Shown here: positions 57,669-64,000 of the stretch, in pieces
Position numbering within the stretch: position 1 is the first letter of the stretch
How the letters are laid out: every line of letters starts with the position of its first letter
Origin: a virus
Taxonomy: Duplodnaviria; Caudoviricetes
Length of the DNA stretch: 64,000 nt
Reading direction: 5' to 3' (one strand)
Virus record (IMG/VR): IMGVR_UViG_3300033075_001228
Program-made: the position numbers and the translations under genes
Notes under the pieces: generated by a model
What the model saw: the letters and a program-made list of their open reading frames with translations, nothing else
Told to the model about the DNA's origin: nothing
The model's database searches: none

Positions 57669-60241
57669 GCAAGAAAATTCGTATTCGTCTTAAGAGGGGT
57701 TGGATTGCTTACCCAGGCAGCACGGTTCAGCAAAACTATGCCGAAGACCAGGTGCATGGGTTTTTGACCTGGTCGATCAACTCTCGTAACGACTTTGACG
57801 TTAAGTTTTGTGAGCTTCCAAATCCGTGCCCGTTTGTGACGGTTCCGTGGGTAAGCAACGTTGATGCAACCCTTGACAATGTCAAGAAAACGTGTCCTCC
57901 AGGCGGAAGGTTTCGCGTCTACAGCACCGACCATATCTCGCAGCGAGAAATGATCGACTTGTCCTCTCGTTTGAAAGAAACGATGCAGGCTGTCGAGGTG
58001 ACATACAAGTCTGACAAACAGGTTAACCATGACGTTGTGGTTGCTGGCGCGACAACCCTAGCGAAGGGCGACCTTCGAAACACAGACGTGTTGGTCAAGC
58101 TGCTAAAAGAGCACAACGATTCAACAGCTGATGAATCAACGTGGGCAACAGTACAGGACTTGGTCAAGGGCTACGTGTCACGCTGCAGCCTTGATGATTC
58201 TGCCAGAAACACAACATGGTCTCTGCGACACCTCAAGTTTGACAACACGTTGGCATACGGAGAAGGCAACGTCATCAATTTTGAGAAGCTTAATGGCATC
58301 GTCGGCATCTTCGGTCCAAATCGTTCAGGCAAGTCGTCAATCGTTGGCACGATTATGTACGGGTTGTTTAACGGAACAGACAGAGGCTCGATCAAAAATC
58401 TACACGTGATCAACACTCGGAAACCGTACTGCTATTCACGAGCTGTCATCAACGTAAACGGCGTTGACTATGTGATTGAAAGGCAAACGGTGAAGATCGA
58501 GAACAAGCGCGGGCAGTTAAACTCTAGCACGGCGCTAAACGTTTTTCGAATGGAAAACGGTGAAGCGGTCGACCTTGCAGGCGAGCAGCGTCTTGACACC
58601 GAAAAGGTGATCAGAAAGTTGATTGGTAACGCAGATGACTTTTTGCTGACGTCGCTGTCAGCGCAGGACGAAATCAAGCTTTTCATCTCACACGGTTCAA
58701 CAAAACGAAAACAGATCCTCTCGCGTTTTCTGGACCTCGACGTCTTTGACCAGATGTATGACCTCGTAAAGAACGATCTCAACGTAACGAAGGCGGAGCT
58801 AAGGGTCTTGCCAGACCGCGACTGGGCCGCTGCTGACGCTGACGCACGTGAAAAGATCACGCTTTGTGACAACGAGATTGCGAAGAAAAATGCACAGGTG
58901 ATAGATGTTAACGACAGGCTGTCGACGTTAAAAAGGAAGGCTGAACAGCACCAAGGCTTTGCTGCTGTCACCCCAGAGCAGCTTGAAGCCCAGCGTTCTG
59001 TTGTCAAGGGTCTTGACAGCCAGGTAAACAATACGCTAAAGCAGCTTGCGGCTTGTGAAGAGAAGCTGGCTTCCCTTGTTGCTAAGTCACAAAAGATTGA
59101 AGGTCTTCAGAAAGAGTATGACGTTGATGATCTTAAGCGACGATTTGTGGCGTTTAGGGAGCTCGAGATGTCTGTCATTGCGCTTAGGCATGCCCATGAG
59201 CGTGAACAGGCTGAGCTTTTGCAACAGGAACGTTCGTTAAAGATCCTAGATGAAGTTCCGTGTGGTGACAGCTTTCCAACGTGCAAGTTTATCAAGAACG
59301 CACACCAGTCAAAGGGAAAGGTTGAACCGCAAAAGAAGAGGCTTGAAGAGGCGCAGGAAAATCTGCGTGCAGCAGAGGAAGCCTTAACAACGCTTAAGGA
59401 AGAAAACCTCGCAGAAAAGATAGAAAAGGCTGAGCTGCATGCTGGCGTTTATTTACGCCTTCAGATGGAGATTTCGCAAGTACGACTTGAGTTGGTAAAG
59501 CTGGACGCAAGCGCCAAGGACCTAAACGCGCAGCGTGTTCCTGCAAGACGCCAGCTAGAGATGCTTGAGCTCGCTGCCAAGAACTCTGAGAACGTAGAGC
59601 TTGTTGCGTTGAAGGCTGAGATCGATTCATTGCAAAATGACCTTAAGCGCCTTGATAGCGAAAAGCTGAATTTCGCCTCAGAACGAGGCAGAATTCAAGT
59701 TGTCCTTGACAGGCACACCCAAGAGCGCCAGCTTCGGGCTAAGACTGTCAGCAAGATGCAGGCGTTTGAGATGATTGCGTCATCCTTTTCAAGGAAAGGG
59801 ATACCTAGCGTGATCATCAGGTCTCAGCTTCCGGTCATCAACGCGGAGATAGCCAGGATCCTTAACGGCATGTTTGATTTTACCGTTGAGCTGGAAAATG
59901 ATGATGAGTCTGACGCCACAGAGGTTTACATCAACTACGGCGACAGCCGTCGCATCATTGAGCTCGGCTCTGGCATGGAAAAGATGGTTGCGTCAGTTGC
60001 CATTCGGGCTGCGTTGATCAACGTTTCATCGTTGCCAAAGACAAACATGTTCATCATTGATGAAGGATTTGGCGCACTTGACGACAGCGGCGTTGAGGCC
60101 TGTAACCGCCTGTTGGCTGCGTTGAAGCGGTATTTTAAGGCAGTCATTGTCATCACGCATGTTGAAGGCGTTAAAGACGCGGCAGACCTTGTGGTTGAGG
60201 TGACAAAGAACGAAAAGGACGCAAAGGTGACATATGTCTGA
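57665..60241 (+). CDS. SbcD C-terminal fragment fused to SbcC/Rad50 (gp46-like) ATPase
   Basis: IAYPGSTVQQNYAE (SbcD), then GPNRSGKS, coiled coil, CGDSFPTC hook, GSGME, IDEGFGALD and ITH. Confidence 0.88.
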   Translation: MSKKIRIRLKRGWIAYPGSTVQQNYAEDQVHGFLTWSINSRNDFDVKFCELPNPCPFVTVPWVSNVDATLDNVKKTCPPGGRFRVYSTDHISQREMIDLSSRLKETMQAVEVTYKSDKQVNHDVVVAGATTLAKGDLRNTDVLVKLLKEHNDSTADESTWATVQDLVKGYVSRCSLDDSARNTTWSLRHLKFDNTLAYGEGNVINFEKLNGIVGIFGPNRSGKSSIVGTIMYGLFNGTDRGSIKNLHVINTRKPYCYSRAVINVNGVDYVIERQTVKIENKRGQLNSSTALNVFRMENGEAVDLAGEQRLDTEKVIRKLIGNADDFLLTSLSAQDEIKLFISHGSTKRKQILSRFLDLDVFDQMYDLVKNDLNVTKAELRVLPDRDWAAADADAREKITLCDNEIAKKNAQVIDVNDRLSTLKRKAEQHQGFAAVTPEQLEAQRSVVKGLDSQVNNTLKQLAACEEKLASLVAKSQKIEGLQKEYDVDDLKRRFVAFRELEMSVIALRHAHEREQAELLQQERSLKILDEVPCGDSFPTCKFIKNAHQSKGKVEPQKKRLEEAQENLRAAEEALTTLKEENLAEKIEKAELHAGVYLRLQMEISQVRLELVKLDASAKDLNAQRVPARRQLEMLELAAKNSENVELVALKAEIDSLQNDLKRLDSEKLNFASERGRIQVVLDRHTQERQLRAKTVSKMQAFEMIASSFSRKGIPSVIIRSQLPVINAEIARILNGMFDFTVELENDDESDATEVYINYGDSRRIIELGSGMEKMVASVAIRAALINVSSLPKTNMFIIDEGFGALDDSGVEACNRLLAALKRYFKAVIVITHVEGVKDAADLVVEVTKNEKDAKVTYV

Positions 60242-60542
60242 GTGGCGTCCCTACTTACGCTCGCGGCTAATTTGTGAAATGCCGTCAGGCTTTTTTGTCA
60301 TCAAGCCTGACAATGTTGAGCATTCGTTGCCGTTAGGTTGCCCAGTCTGCGACAGGCTGTACAGGTCACAAGACGATGAAGCTTCTCATCGAGAGTTTTC
60401 GTGTTGCTATCTGTGCGCCCTCCAGTGGGCTCACCCTCGTCGGAAAGAGTGGCTTGCTGGTTGGAGGCCTTCTAGCGATGACGTAAAAGCTGTCGTTGCA
60501 AACAGGCCGATGATGTCAGTCATAATTGACGTAGGCAAATAA
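60234..60542 (+). CDS. Zn-binding hypothetical protein
   Basis: CPVC...CCYLC...W..GWRP. Confidence 0.7.
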   Translation: MSEWRPYLRSRLICEMPSGFFVIKPDNVEHSLPLGCPVCDRLYRSQDDEASHREFSCCYLCALQWAHPRRKEWLAGWRPSSDDVKAVVANRPMMSVIIDVGK

Positions 60543-60594
60543 ATGCATTTTTGACAGTCAGACGTCCGCGACCTAGTTAAGATATAACGAGGTT

Positions 60595-60984
60595 GTGATG
60601 GCTGACGTTGATTTAAATGCATTAGGACAGGCGATTGACAGCACCTGGGGTAGGTCTTCTACCCCCAAGACTGCTTCATATTCTGTGAAGCTGACGATGC
60701 TTGCGCCTGACAGGCTGCAGCTGTCGTTTGCCGCGATCGTCAATTTTGCAAACGAAAAGCAGATGGTTGAGATGAAACGCGCCTATCAAGCAGAGGCTGA
60801 CGGCGTTGTTGCTGAGGTGATCAAGCGAGTCAAAGAGATCTACAAGGACCTGACAGGGTCTGCGCTAGCGTTGAAGCTGTCAAAAGAAAGCGTCAGCGAC
60901 TCTTTAGAGATCATCAACATGAACGCGCACAACGCCAAGCGGACTGCTTACTACAGGCGAAAGGCTGTGGTAGAGGTGGGCTGA
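60595..60984 (+). CDS. Hypothetical protein
   Basis: 129 aa with GAGG RBS. Confidence 0.75.
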   Translation: MMADVDLNALGQAIDSTWGRSSTPKTASYSVKLTMLAPDRLQLSFAAIVNFANEKQMVEMKRAYQAEADGVVAEVIKRVKEIYKDLTGSALALKLSKESVSDSLEIINMNAHNAKRTAYYRRKAVVEVG

Positions 60985-60985
60985 C

Positions 60986-62602
60986 ATGGGCAGCTCCACG
61001 TTTAACAGAGAAGATCAGATAAAGGAGATCGTTCGTTGCGGCAAGGACCCTGTCTACTTTATGAAGCGGTACGTGAGGATCCAGCACCCGACGCGCGGCA
61101 CGATCCCGTTTGACACATACCCATTTCAGGATGATTGTGTAGCAGCGTTTCAGGCTCACAGGTTAAACATAGTCTTAAAGTCACGTCAGCTAGGGTTGTC
61201 GACGGTTGGCTCAGCGTATGCTGTTTGGATGGCCATCTTCCAGAAGGACAAGAACATCTTGGTCATTGCAACCAAGCTGTCGACTGCCCAAAACTTCATC
61301 AAAAAATGCCAGGTCATCCTGCAAAACTTGCCCAAGTGGCTGCTGCTCCCGAGGTTTGAACCAAGCAAGCAGCAGATAAGCTTTAGCAATGGGTCGCAGA
61401 TCAAAGCAATCCCAACCTCTGACGACGCCGGCCGTTCCGAAGCGTTGTCGCTTCTCATCATTGATGAGGCAGCGTTCATTCGTGACTTTGATGAAATTTG
61501 GGCCGGCCTGTCGCCGACATTTTCCACGGGTGGTAGGGCAATCATCATGTCCACACCAAACGGCGTCGGTGGGCAGTATTACAAGCTGTGGACAGAGGCT
61601 GAGCTAGGACAAAACGGGTTTAACCCGATCAGGATCATGTGGCACCAACACCCTGAGCACGATCAGGAGTGGTTTGACAAGGAAACACGAAATCTCCCTA
61701 AGAAGAAAATAAGCCAGGAGTATTTGTGCGATTTCGTTGCTTCTGGCGACACATTTTTGCAGCCATCAGAGCTAGAGTCCCTTCGGAACAGCATCCAACA
61801 GCCGATGGAACGCCTTGGCGTCAAAAGGGAGATTTGGGTGTGGTCGCATCCAATCGTTGGGCACCAGTATGTCATATCAGCAGACGTGTCTCGCGGCGAT
61901 GCTCGTGACTTTTCAGCCTTTCACGTCATTGACGTGGACATGCGTGAGGTAGCAGCTGAGTACATGGGAAAGCTCCCACCGGAAAAGCTAGCTGACCTGC
62001 TGTTTGAGTGGGGGAAAAAGTACAATGATGCGCTCATCATCCCTGAGAACAACACGTTTGGTTACTTCGTAAACACCAAGCTTAGGGACACGGGGTACAA
62101 ACGGCTCTATTACCAGAACTGTAAAGGAGATCCGTTTACCTATATCCCCACAGATCCAGAAGAGCTGCCAGGGTTTCAAACAAATCCCAAGTCACGCGTG
62201 CAGGTGTTGACGAAGCTAGAGGAGATGATACGAAACGGCGCGCTTAAGACGTATTCTCAAAGGCTGTATGACCAGCTTCAGGCGTTTGTGTGGCAAGGCA
62301 ACAAGCCGATGGCATTGAAGGACAGCTATGACGACCTTGTCATCAGCCTTGCAATCGGCACATGGCTGCTTGAGGGTGCAAACGGCGCAAACCAGCAGCA
62401 ACAAAACATGGCATATGCCATGTTGAAGGCGACCGGGGTCTCGAGGCGTGACCAGTCGCAGATGCCCGGAGACATCATGGCTGCGCAGCCGCTAGTAAAC
62501 CCGCAGATCAGGGGAGTCAACCCACGAACGCTCCATAGGCCGCAGCACGCCTCCCAGGTGAGGTCAGCAGATCATTCCAACTTTGACTGGTTGTTCAGGT
62601 GA
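60986..62602 (+). CDS. terL: Terminase large subunit (T4 gp17-like)
   Basis: KSRQLGLST, LLIIDEAAF, STPNG, SADVSRG and DDLV. Confidence 0.95.
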   Translation: MGSSTFNREDQIKEIVRCGKDPVYFMKRYVRIQHPTRGTIPFDTYPFQDDCVAAFQAHRLNIVLKSRQLGLSTVGSAYAVWMAIFQKDKNILVIATKLSTAQNFIKKCQVILQNLPKWLLLPRFEPSKQQISFSNGSQIKAIPTSDDAGRSEALSLLIIDEAAFIRDFDEIWAGLSPTFSTGGRAIIMSTPNGVGGQYYKLWTEAELGQNGFNPIRIMWHQHPEHDQEWFDKETRNLPKKKISQEYLCDFVASGDTFLQPSELESLRNSIQQPMERLGVKREIWVWSHPIVGHQYVISADVSRGDARDFSAFHVIDVDMREVAAEYMGKLPPEKLADLLFEWGKKYNDALIIPENNTFGYFVNTKLRDTGYKRLYYQNCKGDPFTYIPTDPEELPGFQTNPKSRVQVLTKLEEMIRNGALKTYSQRLYDQLQAFVWQGNKPMALKDSYDDLVISLAIGTWLLEGANGANQQQQNMAYAMLKATGVSRRDQSQMPGDIMAAQPLVNPQIRGVNPRTLHRPQHASQVRSADHSNFDWLFR

Positions 62603-62627
62603 ATACTTACAGACACAGAGGACGTTG

Positions 62628-63086
62628 ATGTCAAGAGCAAGCTTAAAGATCGAAGACCTAAGGCGCATGATCAAGGAAGAGATGGCTACGATTCACGAGC
62701 AGGTCGACCATGCTGCCATCCGCGACATTGTAAATGATGCACAGAAGCTGTTGTCTGCTGTAGAAACGTTCAAGCAGTCGGCTCCTGCGTCTGCCATCAA
62801 CGCAGTCACGCCTCACATTGACAAGCTGGAGCAGGTGTTGGAGGACATGCTCAACACACCAGCTTCTTACGTAACCAAGCCAAAGGTTGAACCGAAGAAG
62901 GTGTCGTTGCGCCCGGTGAAGCAGGAGGGTAGGATTCGTGCTCGCAGTCGCTTTGAAATGTATGAACACGGTGATCAGTGCCCAGAGTGTGGTGGCACAA
63001 TCATTTCTAAGCATGGGCAGTTTGAGCACCTGAAGTGTCGTGATTGCGGGTACGTTCCACGCGATGATGCAGGTAGTGTGAAATAA
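62628..63086 (+). CDS. Hypothetical protein with C-terminal Zn ribbon
   Basis: LRRMIKEE N-terminal motif and CPEC..CRDC. Confidence 0.7.
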   Translation: MSRASLKIEDLRRMIKEEMATIHEQVDHAAIRDIVNDAQKLLSAVETFKQSAPASAINAVTPHIDKLEQVLEDMLNTPASYVTKPKVEPKKVSLRPVKQEGRIRARSRFEMYEHGDQCPECGGTIISKHGQFEHLKCRDCGYVPRDDAGSVK

Positions 63087-63165
63087 ATCTAAGGTGAGCA
63101 GCCTTCGCTCGATGATGTAAGGTTTGTGAGGGAGAGCCCAACTTGAAATAGAAGGGCTAAGCAAC

Positions 63166-64000
63166 ATGGCAAAAAAAGAACAAGGAAGCCTGTTTCGACG
63201 CCTGACCCGCCTTTTTCGTTCAGGCCCAGTAGTCAAACGTAAGATTCGCGGCGTCGACACGACGATCGCCGTGCCCGATAAGACAAAGTCGTCGGGCGCA
63301 CTGCTGTTTCAGAAGTCGACGTCTCCTACGTACGCGACCATCACGTCGAACGCTTACAACCTCTCAGAGCGCCTGATGAGGTATCAAGATTTTCAAGAAA
63401 TGGAATATTCACTAGCGAAATCTACGCTTATCGCTGTCCCGAACGGCTTTAAGACTATCGGTGAGCTAGCTGAAGAGTGCGCAGCTGATCCTGAAAAAAC
63501 GTTTATCGTATATGCATACGATCACAACGTTCAGAAAATCGTTCCTGCAATTGGAAAGCAAGCTAGGCAAACGTGCGTTGATCGTGCTTTCAAGGTGACG
63601 TTTGATAATGGTAAGGAAATTACAGCATCTGCAGAGCACAGATTGATGCTTCGTGACGGCACATACCGTCGCGTTGAGGATCTAAAACCTGGCGACGCCA
63701 TGATGCCCTTCTACAGGAAGGACCTGTTTGCAAACGCTGAAGAGGGCACAAAAGGCTACTCATGGGTCTACACAATGGACGACAGGTTCAAGGGTTGGAC
63801 CAAAGAACACCAGTTGATTGCTGAGTGGGTGGCTGGTCGGAAGCTGGCCGACGATGAGTGCGTGCATCACATCAACTTTGTCAAGTCTGACAATCGTCCT
63901 GAGAACCTCAGGATCATGTCGAAGTCAGACCACGACTCATACCATGCCGCTATCAACAACAGCGTTAAGTGGGCGCCTGAGAACCATGAATGGATCGAGG
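63166..64000 (+). CDS. Portal protein (T4 gp20-like), partial, intein-containing
   Basis: Open frame from ATG 63166 to the window end. RLMRYQDFQEMEY portal-like motif. Lies downstream of terL. Confidence 0.8.
   Translation, partial: MAKKEQGSLFRRLTRLFRSGPVVKRKIRGVDTTIAVPDKTKSSGALLFQKSTSPTYATITSNAYNLSERLMRYQDFQEMEYSLAKSTLIAVPNGFKTIGELAEECAADPEKTFIVYAYDHNVQKIVPAIGKQARQTCVDRAFKVTFDNGKEITASAEHRLMLRDGTYRRVEDLKPGDAMMPFYRKDLFANAEEGTKGYSWVYTMDDRFKGWTKEHQLIAEWVAGRKLADDECVHHINFVKSDNRPENLRIMSKSDHDSYHAAINNSVKWAPENHEWIE
63409..64000 (+). mobile_element. Intein (Ser1) with HNH endonuclease, partial
   Basis: SLAKSTLIAVPNG..IGEL, ITASAEHRLML, LKPGD, then VHHINFVKSDNRPENL..H..YH. Confidence 0.85.

Noticed and set aside
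57290-57700. Split intein or group I intron interrupting SbcD
   Set aside because: No Cys/Ser1 Hint block or terminal HN is present, and there is no non-coding space for an intron core.
62596-62630. +1 (UGAA) fusion of terminase to the downstream gene
   Set aside because: The frame permits it, but the downstream gene has its own TACTTA element, GAGG RBS and ATG. Other TGAA stops (35737, 36531) hit stops quickly in the +1 frame, so chance is sufficient.
795-63260. Numerous short antisense or overlapping ORFs in the track (e.g. 53676-54224, 58468-59031, 62658-63260)
   Set aside because: They are shadows of well-supported genes and show no motifs or RBS.
1-64000. Genome-wide stop-codon reassignment (TGA or TAG)
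   Set aside because: Core genes are intact in code 11. Many end in TGA with ATGA/GTGA overlaps, and TAG stops also occur.

Overview
This window is 64 kb of a large T4-like (jumbo-type) tailed phage genome read in the standard genetic code. Coding switches from mostly the minus strand (1-29.3 kb) to mostly the plus strand (29.5-64 kb) at a GATC- and repeat-rich intergenic region. The left arm carries baseplate genes, a gp55-like late sigma factor, two GT4 glycosyltransferases (one with a LAGLIDADG intein) and a Cas4-like nuclease. It also carries a translation-related operon (unknown basic protein, Pth2-like, Trbp111/CsaA-like, HD alarmone hydrolase, two aberrant tRNA-Glu-like genes) and a ~15 kb sugar-synthesis and glycosylation cluster. 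The right arm carries a degenerate GroEL-like gene, ClpP, a DinG-like helicase, an Hc1-like protein, PhoH, large virion genes, RuvC-like resolvase, primase, a split SbcD/SbcC locus, terminase, and a portal with an HNH intein cut off by the window edge. The best candidate for an undescribed system is a structured leader at 12.74-12.92 kb. Its RGPP ribosome-arrest motif can be reached only by UGA readthrough or a +1 frameshift, and its Gly-Pro-Pro codons pair with the Shine-Dalgarno of the Pth2 operon. That would make it a sensor of failed termination controlling phage translation-rescue genes. Other translation oddities are ATC and ACG start codons on adjacent virion genes, many apparently leaderless genes, and tRNAs with 8-nt anticodon loops. 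All product calls come from motif recognition by eye; no database searches were run.
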